A stretch of 64,000 bases of DNA, from positions 36,458,001 to 36,522,000 of the forward strand of contig NC_045696.1 of the NCBI RefSeq assembly GCF_009834535.1. Reading direction: 5' to 3'. The position numbers were made by a program, and so were the translations under genes. The notes beneath the pieces were generated by a model. That model made no database searches, was not told the origin of the DNA, and saw only the letters and a list, made by a program, of their open reading frames with translations. Shown one piece after another: positions 24,804 to 38,765 of the stretch. Position 1 is the first letter of the stretch. The number at the start of each line of letters is the position of its first letter. Origin of the DNA: Camelus ferus (taxonomy: Eukaryota).

Positions 24804-25370
24804 TGTGTGTGTCAGAGGCTTCTGGTCATCTTCTTGGTGTGTAATAAACCACCCCAAAACTGAGTGGCCTAAAACAATAACATTTATTTTGCTTACAAAT
24901 AATACATTTGGGCAAGGTTCTCTAGGGTGGCTCTTCATCAGCTTCATGGAGCATCAGCTGGGGCATTGCAAAGTCTGAGGGCTGGAAGGATCATGAGGTT
25001 CACTCATTTATACATCTAGTTGTTGATTATCCCGGCTGTTGATTTAGACCTTAGCTGGTGCTGTTGGCCAGAGCACCACCTAGTGGCCTCTCTGTGTGGT
25101 CTGGGCTTCCTCACAGATGTGGCTGAATTCAGAGGGTGAGATACAGAGAGCCAGGTGGAAGAGTATTGTTTTTTTCTGACTTAGGCACAGAAGTCATGCA
25201 GTGTCTCTTCCTCTATTTTCTGTCTGTTAAAAGCAGATACTTAGGAGGTGTATATTCAAAGGAAGGGGGAACAGACCCCACCTTTTGATGAAGGACCATC
25301 AATGTAACATTGTAAGAATACATAGGATGGGATCTATCAGTGTGATTATCTTTGGAACATATCTGCTACA
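24804..25370 (-). mobile_element. MLT1H-like MaLR LTR
   Basis: GTAATAAACCACCCCAAAACTGAGTGGCCTAAAACAAT, GGGCTTCCTCACA, ACAGACCCCACCTTTTGATG, ends TCTGCTACA. Confidence 0.8.
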
Positions 25371-26214
25371 GTGGATTTTGCTAATTGTAATTTTTATTTC
25401 TACTCCCTACTATGATACTAAGTGAAAATTTTAGTTAGCTTCTGGTTTGACTATTGGCTTTAAGTCTTTATGTTTATTATTTAATTGCTTCTTAATCCTC
25501 AGAGGCATTTTAGTGGGAATATTAGAGAAGTTGTATATTACACTCTTCTTCAGAGATGACTTGGACCATAGTGAGCCACTTCTGAACATTTTCCCTAATT
25601 CATAAACACAGATCTCATCAGGAAATGCCACAAAATTAACCTGAGTTGATCTAAATTTGATGAAATAACTAAAATATACTTCCTTGTGGATAATAATTCC
25701 CTCCCCATTTTACTTTAGCAATGTACCACTGCTTTGTTTATGGCTATAACTTTTAAGGATGGTAGAATCTTGGCCCTGGGCTGGAAGTGTCATGAAGATT
25801 GGAGTAGTGATCTATGTTTTGAGCAGCCAAACCTAAATCAACTTTTGAAGTATTACTTGGGTTGGCATAATGCAGCCTGGACCAAGGACATTACTGCAAG
25901 CCTAAAACTTTTGGAACAGTAGATAAAGCTCTGACACTCATACCAGCTGTGACTTTGATTAAGACACTCTTCCTACATTTCTGGATATCTGCCTTAACTT
26001 TCTGGCCAGACCCTCTCACTCCCCTTTTAGAACAGGAGAGAGAGGGAGGGCTGACAAAGCAAGCTATCACTTACTAAATATGTTAAAAATTAAGGAGCGC
26101 TACAGGATGAGTGGGCAGATCCTGAATCAGCTACAGGACCTGTCACAGTGACTCAGTAAGTTGAGTCTAACACAGAAGCTCTTTAGTAGCATGAGACTGT
26201 GAGCACACTTGAGA

Positions 26215-26560
26215 ATAATGATAGCTTAGTATAGGCTAGGCATTGTGCTGAACGTTTTACATTTATTGCACATAATTTTCTCAAATAAGAAAATTGAGAT
26301 AGGTATTATCATTATGCTCATTTTAGAGGTATGGAAGCCGAGGCTTAAAAAGTTAAATAACTTTTTAAGTTCATTATCTGAGTGACAGAGCAGAAATTCA
26401 AACTAGAGACTTTCTGACTCTCAAAGTCTATACCTGCAGACACTTCACTCTACTGCAAATATGACGGAGATCTAGTTCAGCCCTGATAATTTAATGATGA
26501 AACCATTGAGCCCCAGAGGTTATATGACCTTCCCGAGGTCACAAAGTTAATAGTTATTTA
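26215..26560 (-). mobile_element. MIR relics (two adjacent pieces)
   Basis: AGGCATTGTGCTGAACGTTTTACAT, ATTATGCTCATTTTAGAGG, TGACCTTCCCGAGGTCACA. Confidence 0.65.
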
Positions 26561-29500
26561 GCCAGGCCTTTAGGTACTACGTTGAAATACTTTGTGATTC
26601 TCGACGCATCATGACACTATGTAGATTTTAAATTTTACTTAGAGACTCTACATTCCAAATATTCACCAAGTATAGTCTAGATCATTAAATATCAGAGTTA
26701 TATTTCTAATTTATGTTTCGTCAATACTTGAGTTCTTATAAAATTGTTGCTAGGTAAAAGAGTTCTCTATAACAGACAGTGGCAACATCTCTACTTGCTT
26801 ATTTTGTGGAGATATTTTCGGGATCAATGAAATAATGTCTATGAAGTACACAATGTAAAACACTAAACATTATTTAGATAAACTACGAGACGCCCAGATC
26901 ACTGTAGTATTTGACTGAGATCATTTCTCGCTATCAGCTGACCACAATGCAGAAGTCCAACAACCACAAGACACTCCCCTCCATCTCCCTAAAGTGGTTC
27001 TTTCCTTGTCTGGTTAAGCAGTTAGTAACACAGAGTGTTGTGGTTGTTGAATTTCTACACTGCGGGTAGCAGAGAGCAAAGAAATGATCATAGTCACCAA
27101 TTTAGCAATAGAACAAGCTTTACTGGCATGTTTAATTATTTCCTATAAGATACTACACCAAAGTGCTGCCTTGCATTTCTCCAAGGACCAGCCACAAGCA
27201 CATTACTGCATAATGAAAATCACAGGGATAAAGCCTAACACAGTGCCATCTGGTGGTTTCCATCTAATAATAAAATAGATGCTACATAAATCCTATCCCA
27301 GCTCACTCTAGTTTCTTGTTGACTGTGGAAAGCCAGGTTTGATAATTTGTTCTTGATGAAAAGTTCTCTGTGTTACAGAAAATTCCAGAAAGTAGTTGGT
27401 TGTTTTATGGTGCAAAAATTCCCCAAGAATTTTTCTGACTTAATGCATTTAATGTGCACTTACTGTGGGGGGTGCTTTTAGATTATGGGAGAGGAAAAAT
27501 GTTATTTACATTATTAGATGAGTGTCATGTGCATTAGTGTTCTCTTTTACATAATTTTTCCAGATCAGAATCATGGACTATCAATCCTCGCATGTATCCT
27601 TTTACTTGTGTTCCTGAGAATTTCTTCAATACGATGCAGGCCTATTAGCACTTTTCCAAGAAAATAACATTAATGCTTACTAGTGTGAAATAGCTGGTAA
27701 CAGTAGTTCAGTGGTTGGTGTACAACCACTAGTTCCCCTAAGACAGCAAACTCCAGATTTTGAAAGTGGACAAAACACTGCCCATTGTGGCTGGCGAGTG
27801 ATGTGGGTATAATTCTTAATGTCCCTACATCAGTTTCAGGCATAGTTCTCCCTAATCCTAGGGATGGGAGCCAAGTTAAATCATCTACTTTGTTCTCATT
27901 GCCTTGACAGTTCTGGAAACTCTATCTTGCTTGCCAAATACGCATCTGTTTTGAGAAAAGGACAGAAAGGAATCATGCCCTTTTCTTTCTGTCACTTCTT
28001 CACTCTTTCTGTAAAACAATTGTTTTTCTTAGTCACTTTTTTTCTCTTTCTATGCAATATGAGTGTCTTTTCTTCAGTTTTTTTTCCTTTACTTGAGGGT
28101 CATTTCTTTGTTTATTTGGCTATTTCTTTCCTGTGCATTGGCAAAAAGTCTCTCATGCCCTAGCATAACCAGTTTGGACTTGCTTGATCATATCTATTTG
28201 CAGTTACATCAAATATCCAACTTTAAACTTTCATTTCAGCTCTGAATTATGCAACATGAAATGAATTTTAACCATTTAAAGTCCGGCAATAGAAATTGGC
28301 AATGTATTCTTAATCTATATTCTCCTGTGATTTAAACTTCTTCTTCTAAACTTCAGCTTCTTCTGGTAACTTTGGTGGATTTATTAATCGTCTTATGTCT
28401 ATAAGACTAGTAAGATGCTTCTTATGGCCAGTTATTATCTTAAACATTATAAAAAGCTGATATTTTCAAATTCATGGCAGTTTTACATAACTATACGAGT
28501 CAAAGTAAAGAAAGGTTAAAAAAAGGCAAAAGAAGAAATACTCTTTTTAATAGCTGCTCTGTACTTTTGCCTAAATTATAAATCTTTATAAAATCTCAAA
28601 AAGGTGATGAGTTTATTTCATGACAGAAGAAAAGCTAGGAGGATGGTTAGCCATTACATTCTATAAGGTCAGCTAGGAAAATAAACTTCTTAGACCCCAG
28701 TGTGAGGACGACCCAGGGCTACGGAGGCGGAGGGTGGAGTCTGAGAGAGGAATATTCCTACTCCCTGGGCTCTAGAGGTTTTCACCTTTAGATTTCCTAT
28801 CATTCCAATATTTTATCCTTTTTTCGAGCTCAGGGTCCTCTGGCACAGGGACTTTAAAAAAAGTATTTTCACTCTGTTGGGAAATATGTCCCTGCCATTT
28901 CGAGCTGAGATTCTGAATGCATTTTCTAACAGAAACATTGCAGCATGGCATTTGAGTTTCAGAAAATTCCCAGGACAGAACTTTGCTTCAGCTGCTGTGG
29001 CTATCTGATTGTCTCTAGGGAAAATGCAAACTGAGTGCTAAATAAATAACTCACAAACTGAACTCTTAGACCTCTTAGTCCATGTGGAAGCTAGAGGGTG
29101 CCTTTATGTTTAGAAATATCAAAGAAATCCTTACTGGCTGCTCTCCAAACTCTCCTGAAAATCTTGAGCATTCTGACAGGCCCTAGCAGAAGTCGTCAGC
29201 AGGAAGCCGGAAGGCACACACTACTGAACTTTTGAACTCTGAAACAGCATCTATTTCCTTAGTTCTGTTTGTTGACTCCTCTTTGATCTCATCATATGAG
29301 AAAGATAATGCCGTAACATTTTAGCATATTTAAAGTAAACTGCTTCTACAATCCTCCAGGGAGCTCAGCTTAACTTCTGCCTTTTCCCAATCTCTAAAGC
29401 TCTTTACCGCAGTGCTCACTCACCTTCATGGAAATTGTTAAGTAATTCTCTGTAGCAGGGAATACACTTTAGGCAGGGATATTTATATTTCCTTTCATCA

Positions 29501-29599
29501 TCTGAACATGAACCTATTTCTGATTTTGTGACTATCTTTGAAAGTTTACTAACAAGTCTAAAAGGACCAAAAGGAGCGGAAACCCTGTCCACGGTAATA

Positions 29600-29626
29600 G
29601 TAGTGGTGGTGGTGGTGGTGGTGATG
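29600..29626 (+). repeat. (GGT)n trinucleotide repeat
   Basis: AGTAGTGGTGGTGGTGGTGGTGGTGAT. Confidence 0.85.
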
Positions 29627-29999
29627 GGGGCTGCCTTACACCCTCCCGCCATTTGGCCAGTACCTTATATTCAGAAAGGATCTCAAAGTTACAACTTTTG
29701 CTATAATCTCAAAATGAGGAAATAAGAAGCAGTTGTATACATAAAATAAAAAATTGAAAAATGATTATCCTATTTTTCAAACTTGTGTTTGTTATCCAAA
29801 CCACACCATTGCAGCACTCCATGAACAGATATTTATTTCAAAATACTAATCCTGTAATTATCTTTCAAATAGCAAAATATACTGCATTGTAATTTTTGCC
29901 TTAAAAGTGTTTTTTTTTTTAAGGTAACACTGAACAATTTAACTGTGGTAATGAACGGTATTAGTAACATTTCTGGAACTCCTTTCCTCCCTTGCCTCT

Positions 30000-30490
30000 T
30001 CCAAATACTAGCCAGATTTTCTTTTGGCTCTATTCATGCTCATCTACTCACTCTACCTTCAATGCAGAAATGGCCCCAGATAGCTTGAACCCATCAACAT
30101 CTTTCATTCTTGTAGTCACAGTCATTGGTTCAGGGATGCATATGACTTCAGTTGTCCCTCCTGATTAAGTTCCAGGACCCTCTGGGGGAGAGCTGTTAGA
30201 GTCCTTCTCCCAATAGATTTAAAAGAGGAGATGTATACCTTAGATCATGAGAAGAATGAACCTTAGGAAGGCAGGGAGGAGAAACAAAGAAACTGGATCC
30301 ACTGTGTAGATGGTTGATTGGAGAGAGAGAAAGAAGGAACAAGGTCCTCAGTATGGTCAGAGAGACGCCAATCCTGGGGCCTGTTTTATCTGAGAAAACT
30401 CCTTCTTTGTGATCAATAATTCTCCTCACTTTTGAAGCTGGGTTTGAATTAGATTTTCTATTGTTGGTCACATAAAGACTCTTAACCTTT
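30000..30490 (+). mobile_element. Old MLT1 (K/L-like) MaLR LTR relic
   Basis: ATTGGTTCAGGGATGCATATGACT and TTTGAAGCTGGGTTTGAATTAGATTTTCT resemble old MLT1 LTRs; boundaries approximate. Confidence 0.5.
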
Positions 30491-30803
30491 TTCTATAAAC
30501 CTGATACAGGATTTCTTAAATTTTTAATATCTGGAGATCCTCAGAATCATGAAGTGGCAAAGGCCTCTCTTAGCCATTGAGTGCCCCTGACTCAGTCTGA
30601 TATTTGCCATCCTTCGCAGGCTAGTCCAGTCTGGGTTTCCTAGTATACCTACCTTCTACTTTACATTCTTAATTTGATTACAAAGACAGAGGGAAATGCA
30701 GAAAGATGTTAACTGAATAGGATATGACCATGACGAAAAAAATCTATTGTACCTTTTATTCCTTTTAGAGAGTCCTTCTTAAGTACAAGGTAACTCTAAG
30801 CCA

Positions 30804-31019
30804 CAGTGGTTCTCAACGAGGCTGATTTTTGTCTTCGTGGGGACATTTGACAACATCCGGACCCCTTTTTTGGGTTGTCACAAATGTGAGAAATGTGCTA
30901 CTGGGATCAAGCAGGTAGAGGCTATGGATGCTGTTAAGCTTCCTACAATGCACAAGACAGCCTCAGCACAAAGAATATCCTGCCTAAAATGATAATGGTG
31001 CTGAGCATGAAAAACCCTG
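30804..31019 (+). mobile_element. MER20 hAT-Charlie DNA transposon
   Basis: CAGTGGTTCTCAAC...GGGGACATTTGAC...CCTACAATGCACAAGACAGCC...AAAACCCTG; flanks share TCTAA(G)CCA. Confidence 0.9.
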
Positions 31020-31689
31020 TTCTAACCATGTAAGGTAGCAAATGAAACTGATGGTTTAGCAGTTGTTCTTTTTTTCACTCTTGCTCAGTCTTATTTTCTG
31101 TCTCTCTGTGTGTGCTGGATGAGCTGGGAGTTTACTGTTTTGCAGGGCCTCTTGATTAAGGTTTTGATTTTTATTTTGATTACTGGGAGAAACTGATAAC
31201 TTTGAAAGTTGACGTAATTTTTTTTCTATGACACAATTAGACAATTTAGAGAAATATTCTGTAACCAAGAGGTGACTGCATTATCCTTAGCTGCTTCTCC
31301 CCTAAGTTTCTAAGGAAGGAATGCTTACCATGCACTACTTGTTTTGTTTTGTTTTGTTTCGTGTTTTGAAAGACTCAAAGTTGTGTAAAATTTTTCTTGC
31401 TTTCCAGGAGCTCTGAATCTAATGGTAGAAATGGTACAAAGAGTCAAATTACTTTAGTATAAGGGGGTACCCGTCGTAGTTGATAGTGGCATCACTGGAG
31501 TGCTATTGCAGAACCCGTGAAAGAGGATACGCTTAGCATCCAGGAATAATTTACAGTTTACCTACTCACAGGGTAAAAGTTGTGAGACAAATACGGCTAC
31601 TCTAAAGGGTCACTCCCGGCCTGTCACTTTCCTCGGGTGGCAGACTTCTTATGTTCTTTCAGGGGCTGATAGGTAACTACCTGGGGTGA

Positions 31690-31821
31690 GGCTGCCAGCT
31701 TTAATCATTCACCTTCCCCTGTGCAAAGACAGCGAGGAGAAAACGCAGCTCAGCAAGGCTGAGAGGGCATGAAATTGTGTTAAGCAACACTCATGACAAC
31801 GACTGGATTTGCTATTTTAGA
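31690..31821 (+). other. Candidate alternative first exon of an unidentified host gene (possible ATG at 31793, MTTTGFAIL...)
   Basis: Ends at donor GA|GTAAGT (31822) inside a repeat-free block; 5' boundary is a guess; protein not recognised. Confidence 0.3.
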
Positions 31822-34800
31822 GTAAGTGACTAAATGTTTTTTTTTTTGAAATTGTAATTTTCCTGTGCTGTTAAGTGTAAAGGTGACCGCTCCATGGTGG
31901 GCTCTCAGCAGTTTGTACTCGACAGCTAATCAGGTTGATTCATTTGGTGAGGTGGGCAGTAAGCTCAGTTATAAAGCAGAATTGAGTTCTTACCTCACTG
32001 AAATATAACACCACACATTTTTTTCCTTTCTTCTTTTTGAAGGAAAGAAATCTCTGTGCAGACTTCTCAGGAAATGTTGTGAAGACATAAGATTTTATAT
32101 TTGTAGTAGAAAATATAATCATCTGTGCAGCAAAACCAGTTCCCTTACTGAGTTTGCTAGCAGCCTTTCAATAAACGATTTAGTCTGTTATCACCAACAG
32201 GGAGTCCAAGGTTTTGGTAGGAACCATCCTGAGTTTATCCCAGATCAATCCCCATGCTAGTGGAGTATAAGGTGCATGTTTATCGCTAATTGCATCAGAG
32301 CTGACCAAAAGTGAGTTAGCAAATACCTCAGTACTACCAAGTCTCCCCACAGGATGGCATTCATCAGTTAAAAACAAAATTTACAATGTTAGCAAAACTC
32401 ACAAAAATAGAGATGGAGTAAATTTTCTATTAGGCTTTGCAATGTTTAGGGTTTATTTTGATACACATTTTAACTTGATCATAGTGAGTTAGGGTAATGT
32501 GGGTGTTTGCCAGGAGCTGGCACAGAAACAGAGTTGGAATTTGTCGTATGTGCAAAGAGAAAAATTGACTCATGCTGAGAATGGAGTTGCTAACAAATAA
32601 AGCTTAGCATTTCAGAGCCCCTGATCACCAGAGATCCATTGATGGAGTTAACTTTTTTCCCCCTCCATCAGAAGATTAGCAACTATCAAGAGATCAAATC
32701 AGAACAAGCAGAGTCTCATGGCAAATTAAAGAGCCCAGCACAAGATGACTCAGAGTTTGGTTTGGTGATAGCAGGGTAGTAACATTTTATAGCATGAAAA
32801 GAATAAAAATATAGTATTTTAGCTGTATGACCATAGAAATCATAACCCTGAATGTTTCTGATGGGAAAAAAAAGTGCCAAAGAGAAGGAAAGTTTTCTCT
32901 AAGCCAGGACTAGAACAAGGGCAGCGGTCAGTTAATATTTCCATTTAGTGGGGACTTAGCCAGTGGGAAGGAGAATGAAGGGGTTTGTCTTGAAGCTGTG
33001 TATGCCCAGCAAATATATTGTCAAAATTAGATTTATGTTGCAGTGCAGTAAGGATAGCACAGTTTTCTAAAGGTAATTTATTCACTATTAAATTAAAGAC
33101 TGAGAAATGTCAATTTTCCATATTAAAGGATGCTGTTATTATTAAAAACACTTGGGGCAGCTGGGAGGTTGGTAGAATTGGCGGTGGGGGCACTAAGACT
33201 CTCTCAGGACACCCTCGGTATCTGCATGGAATCTGAGTCTTCTGATCCTTTGTCAGAAGCCCCATGCAGTGAATAACTGCTAGTTTTGCTGGAGATTATC
33301 TCTCTTTGTCCACTGCTGAGACCCCTTCTGTGTACCTGCTGTCTTTTTGTCCATTACATCTCCCAGGCCTTTTATGGCTAAACATGTCGAGTACACTTCC
33401 CCATTCACCTTAGAAAGGACACTGAAGTCCTCCTGGGGGAATTATTTCCTTACTAGCAAAAGTCAAGTCACAAGTTCATTTTTTCCACTCCCAGCTGCCA
33501 ATTTCACTTCAGTCATCAAGTGCTTTGGAGGTCAGTTATTGTTTGTGGGCAGATACGCTTTTCTACATGTCATTTGCATTAGGGGTATCGACGATAAAGA
33601 TTATAGAAGAAAAGGATGCTGTCTTCTTCAGTTCACATATCTCTTGCAAATGTAGGCATTTCACTAAAAAAAGAAAAAAACCAAAAACAACAAACAGAAA
33701 AGAAGCTACTATTCCTAACATCTTGATGTCTGAAGATGTCCCATTTGCAGGTATAGCACACTGCAACTGACTTATTAAATGTGAATTTGGGGGCGGGACT
33801 CTTTAAAGTACTGAAAACTATAACCCATGCATGGAAATGCTGATTCAGTCTGAGCCTGGGAATCTATATTCTTAGCCTTCTCCTCTGACGGGTACAGGTG
33901 ATCTAAATGCTGTATCGGTACTTGAATCCTCTTTGCATTTGGAAACACTGGTTCTTGAAGGGTCCAATACAAAGATGGTGATAACATTTAAATCCAACTA
34001 TCCTATTTTTCTGTTAGAGATGGTAATAATTTTCTTATGAATGTTTGTCTGTCCTATTTGTGCATTTCAGTACTGGACAAAGGAGTCTGTGAATTCAGTA
34101 TGTTTTAAATCACTTTGGAGTCCAGTGTTGAAGAATATAAAGAAATTACAACATTATTATTATGTATTACAAAAGCAGAGAAACCCCCAAATCCTTTAAT
34201 CTGCCCACATTTCTCATATTTAAAAAAAAAGATAATTTTGTACCAGAGTTTTAAAAGCAAGCCCATGTAACACCTGGGCATGTCCAGGACACCTCTTAGG
34301 TGGGATTATTTGCAAACAGTAAAATCTCTTCAGGTCATGTCAACAATGCCTTCATCTTCCAGAATTTACAAGTCATGGTTCTTTAATGACATTCTGTTAG
34401 GCAAAGAAGAAGAAGGAAAAAAAAATCCCATTTTTTTTTTTTGTTTTAGTTTTTTTTACCTTTTTTTGTCTGATTTTATCAATATGTAAAACCCAAGGCA
34501 TAAAGAGGGCTTTGACATCTTTGTTAGTAAACGGAGCAGTTACAATTCTTTTGACAAGAAGGTGTGCAGGAGTGTGATCTGAAAGGCTCTTCCTCCTTCC
34601 CTCCCCCGACTTCCTCTCCTCCAACTTGACAAGCTGATTGCAGAGGCCATGAAAACACCCGTGTCTCTTTCAGGTTGAAAGCATTTGTTTGGCATCTGTG
34701 CGGGTGGCCTTCTTGCTGTGGGGTGTCAAGTCACGCAACGGGAATGGAGGTGGCAGTCCCAGCCATCGCTCCCCTGTGAGCGCAGCGCTGATGAGCAAGT

Positions 34801-35228
34801 GGCCCAATTAGAATCTGAAGAAAACACTTCACTGTGGGGGACACCAGCTTACTTTACCGACTGTGGTGTTATTAGTTAGATTGACAGGGGCAGCCAGGAG
34901 AGGTTGCAGTGGCTGAGAGGATATGGAGACACAGTTCATGTTTCCTCAAGAGGCAGGAAATCACTCTTTTTTCTCACTGTTGTTGGCAAGTTGTTGATCT
35001 TGAAGGTCAGAAACCTCATTCACAGCCTATTTTTCTAGACTTCATTATAGTTTAAATTGTTTATTTTGAAAGACATTACCCAAATTTAATGTCCCACAAT
35101 ATTTAAAGTATCACAGATTTCTCCAGAATTTACCTTTAGCCTGTGCATTCATGTGTGGCCATTTTAATAGTTCTCCTTAGGGTTTACTCCCTTGGAACCT
35201 CAGGTCCTTGGCCCTCTGCAGATGGTGC

Positions 35229-35796
35229 TGATACAGGAAAAACAATGTGGGGTTAGAGGAGGGCCGTGTCCCAGGTCTCGGTTGAGTCCCTGGGACGTGT
35301 CCTGCCAAGTGTGGGTCCTTGGCTTTGCACAGGAAAGGGTTCAAGAGAGAGCCACAGTTGATTAAAGGTAGATTTATTTAGAGAGATACATACTCCATAG
35401 ACAGACTACAGACTATTTTAGAAGGCAAGAGAGCGGCCATGAGGTGTGGGGGGTTGTTAGTTTTTATGAGCTCAGTAACTTCATATGTTAACAAGTGGGA
35501 GGATTATTCCAACTACTTTGGGGAAGGGACAGAGAATCCCATGATTTGGGCCAACACCCATTTTTTTGACCTTTTATGGTTAGCCTCAGGAACTGTCACG
35601 GCCCCTGAGGGAGTGCTATTTACCATGTTAATATATTACAGTGAGTGTATAATGAAGCTCAAGGTCTACTAGAAGTCAAATCTCTCTCCATCTTGGGCCT
35701 CAACACCTACTGGGGGTTGAATTTTCTGCCACCTTGGTGTTGATTGCTGTGTTATTTCTTAAATGGCTGTGCCCTGCCTCCTTCCTTCCTATCTCA
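35229..35796 (-). mobile_element. ERV1-type solo LTR
   Basis: TG...CA termini, 4-bp TSD GTGC/GCGC, minus-strand AATAAA near 35373, GGCTTTGCACAGGAAAGGGTTCAAGAG U5-like segment. Confidence 0.8.
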
Positions 35797-36201
35797 GCGC
35801 CTTTGGTTATTTCTTGGTGTTTTCAGGAGATACCTTATACATCCTCACTAACCTGCCTCCTTACAGCTGGGTGGCATGGTGCCCACTTTTTCTGCATAGA
35901 ATTCATCTTCCTCAGTCAGACATCATGGTCAACTTCATGCTGTCACTGCTCCTAGGCATTGCCACCACTGACTTTATCTGTTCGTTCTGTGTCTGGTCCA
36001 GAGTGGAGAGAATATGTCTTTTTTTTTTTCCTTCTTGGGATCACACTTTGCTTTCTTTGCTTTTAAACCTGGAGGTTCAGAGATCCTCATGTCCTGGTTC
36101 TTCCACCACACCTATCCTGTAGACCCTCTATTCTAAATCAGGCCTGTCATCAATGTGTGCATTTTTTTCTTATATCTGAGTTTCTAGGCACTTTTGGAGA
36201 T

Positions 36202-36744
36202 TGTAGCATTTTTTTTTAAACCAAACTCAGGTTCGGCTGTTCCTTGCTTAAGAATATAACCTGAGAGACAACTGTTGGGTGAAAGGAAAAATACCTTTAT
36301 TGATGAAGCCAGCAATCCTGGGGAGAAGGTGGACTCATGTCCCAAAGAATCAACTCCCAATTTCCCAGGTTTTGCTCAGAGATTATATAGGGAGAAGAGG
36401 AAAGGCCTATGTGCTGGGGAGGGGATAGTCTTGCTTTTAGAGATGATTGTTTTGATCACATAGTTTCAAATAGTCATCATGTCTTACATGTGGTTGGATA
36501 TTATCTGAGCCATAAGTCTTTGGTTAGCTATTCCTAGAGAATAAGGAACAAGGGTGAAGCCTATAGAACAACTAATCTTCAGTCTCTATGTGCATCAACA
36601 GCTTTCTCCATCAGCAGCAAGCTAAGCTAAAGTTAGTGGTGAACTGGGGTCTAGTCAGGCATAGTAAGCATAAGATCACAGCCATATCATAACTAAGAAA
36701 TAAAGCTGGAAATAATGCTGAGGAGCTGAAAATCCCCAGTTACA
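36202..36744 (-). mobile_element. ERV1-type solo LTR
   Basis: TGTAG...TTACA termini; AACCAAACTCAGGTTCGGCTG and TTGGGTGAAAGGAAAAATACCTTTATTG (minus-strand AATAAA) typical of laurasiatherian LTRs; TSD not clean. Confidence 0.7.
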
Positions 36745-37061
36745 GTATCACTGCCTCAGTTATCACATCACTGGGCAAACTGATGACACTGCTGGGTCTT
36801 CAGCTTTGTGTTAGAATCCTTTCCTGTCTGATCCCCCTCTTTTCCTGCCCTCCCCCCATCAAGAATCCCACATTCTCACCAGTATCCTCATTCTCTTATC
36901 TCACTTTTTAAAGAGAACCAATGATACCAGGCAAAATGTTCTGAACCTCCTCCTCTCTACTCATCAGATGATCTGTATATGCGCAAATTCTTCTACAGTC
37001 CTTCTCATTCAGTGTAGGAAAAGTCTCCTCTTTCCTGTAACAAGCAAACGACATTGCTCAG

Positions 37062-37262
37062 TATTTAGAGGCACAGATTATGAAGCCAGACTGCTTGTAT
37101 TTAAATCTTGTGTCGGCCTCTCATGAACTACATGGCTTCGCTTGAGGTCTCAGCTCTCTCATCAGTAATAGGGGCATAGTTAGGTAGAGTGGTTGTGAGA
37201 ATTTAATGGGACTTTCCCATTTAATGCAATGTGCTTAGCATCATACCTGACACACAGTTATC
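37062..37262 (+). mobile_element. MIR relic
   Basis: GAAGCCAGACTGCTTG, CTCAGCTCTCTCATCAGTAATAGGGG, GTGCTTAGCATCATACCTGACACACAGT. Confidence 0.7.
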
Positions 37263-37759
37263 ATGAGTCATATCTTTTCATAATGCTTGGGCCCTAGATT
37301 CCATCTCTCATATATTCAGGGAAGTGTACTCACTCAGATGTGATGAGCAACTTCTGTATGGTAATTTTTATCTTCCTTACTGGCTTAAATGTGCTCTATA
37401 CTTTTATTTCTTTTTCCTTTCTTTCTTATTTGGGACTTTAAATGACAAATCATCCCTTTGGATAATGCAAAGCCAATCTCTATCTTTTTTTAAACAATGT
37501 ATTAAAATATTTTTTTCCACATGCCCTGATCTCTTTAGGCATTTGCTTTGTCTTTCTCCTTTCCTTCATAGTCATATATGTCTGATGGAGCTCGTTGCAT
37601 CTTCTTTTTCTATTTCTTCAAGTCTAAACTTTGAATCTTTCAGTTATATTAGTCACTTTTGTTCCAAATGAACAACAGTAAATTTCATTGTCTTACAATA
37701 CAGATATTATTTGGCTTTGCTGTCGTATTTGGGGCATGCCCCTTCTTAGGGCAGAAAGG

Positions 37760-37920
37760 AGGTGTAAGAGGCTAAGCTGAACCACACAACTGCATGTAAA
37801 ATTTTTGTTTGGATATGACCAACAGCATTTCAGCTCACATCTCGTTGGTCAAACCAAGTTATATGACCAGATTGAAGTCAGTGGGATGGGAAATATAATT
37901 CCACCCATAGCAAGTGGATA
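37760..37920 (-). mobile_element. Old MLT1 LTR fragment
   Basis: CATTTCAGCTCACATCTCGTTGGTCAAACCAAGTTATATGACC...GGGAAATATAATTCCACCCATAG. Confidence 0.55.
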
Positions 37921-38639
37921 AGACAAACAGCAGTGGAAGTGGAGGATGATGTATAAGGTACAATAGTACAATTTACCTGTCAGTCCACTAAAATCTGGTC
38001 TTGATCTAAACTAAATGATCCCTTGTTTACCAAGTTGCAGGGCTTGGTAGACAGCACACTTGATTTTGAGTTCTTGCTGCACCACTTACTATAATTCCAT
38101 CATCAGTAAGCCTCAATTTCTCTATCTGTATATGGGGGTGTAGTTCCTAGTTCATGGACAACTTTTATGGAGCGTTGAAATGATTTTATTTAAAGCACTT
38201 ACATAAATGTTAACTATATGATCAACATAATCACCACCACTCCCAATTTGTACAGGGACCAATGTGAGATACTTTGAAATTTTCAACTGTTTCTACATTG
38301 GAGGAGAGGGAGAAATGGAAGCCAAAATTCATCCTTGAAGGAGGGAAATACAATGCTTCCCTTATTTTGAGAATTGCTTTGGAGGGGCTTTTGTATTCTA
38401 CAGATAAGAGATCTCAGGTACGCTGAGATGTTTGATATTAGAATACTGTAAAATAGTATAAAACAAGCTTGTTTTTTTTCTCTTTATGGACAGAGGGTAT
38501 AATTGAAGAAATTAATGTGATACTAACAAAGTTTTTTAATGCTTCTTCTTGGTTGATAAATGGAGTAAGGGGCCCAGGACTTAGGGGGAAAAGAGAGAAA
38601 AAGAAAAATGCTATTTATTGTTTTATGTATTCATCACTA

Positions 38640-38765
38640 GTTTTTTCATATGTTCATTCATCCATTCAGTTGGAATTTATAGTGCACCTACAATGTGCCA
38701 GGCACTGTGCTACATTCTGGGGTTATAAATAATGTACAAACCCTCAGATCCCTGTCTTCTTAGAC
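38640..38765 (-). mobile_element. L2 3' end
   Basis: CATTCATCCATTCA...GTGCACCTACAATGTGCCAGGCACTGTGCTA. Confidence 0.7.

Noticed and set aside
34674..34880. Possible coding exon after TCTCTTTCAG|G
   Set aside because: No recognisable protein in any frame and no convincing donor; kept only as part of the repeat-free block finding
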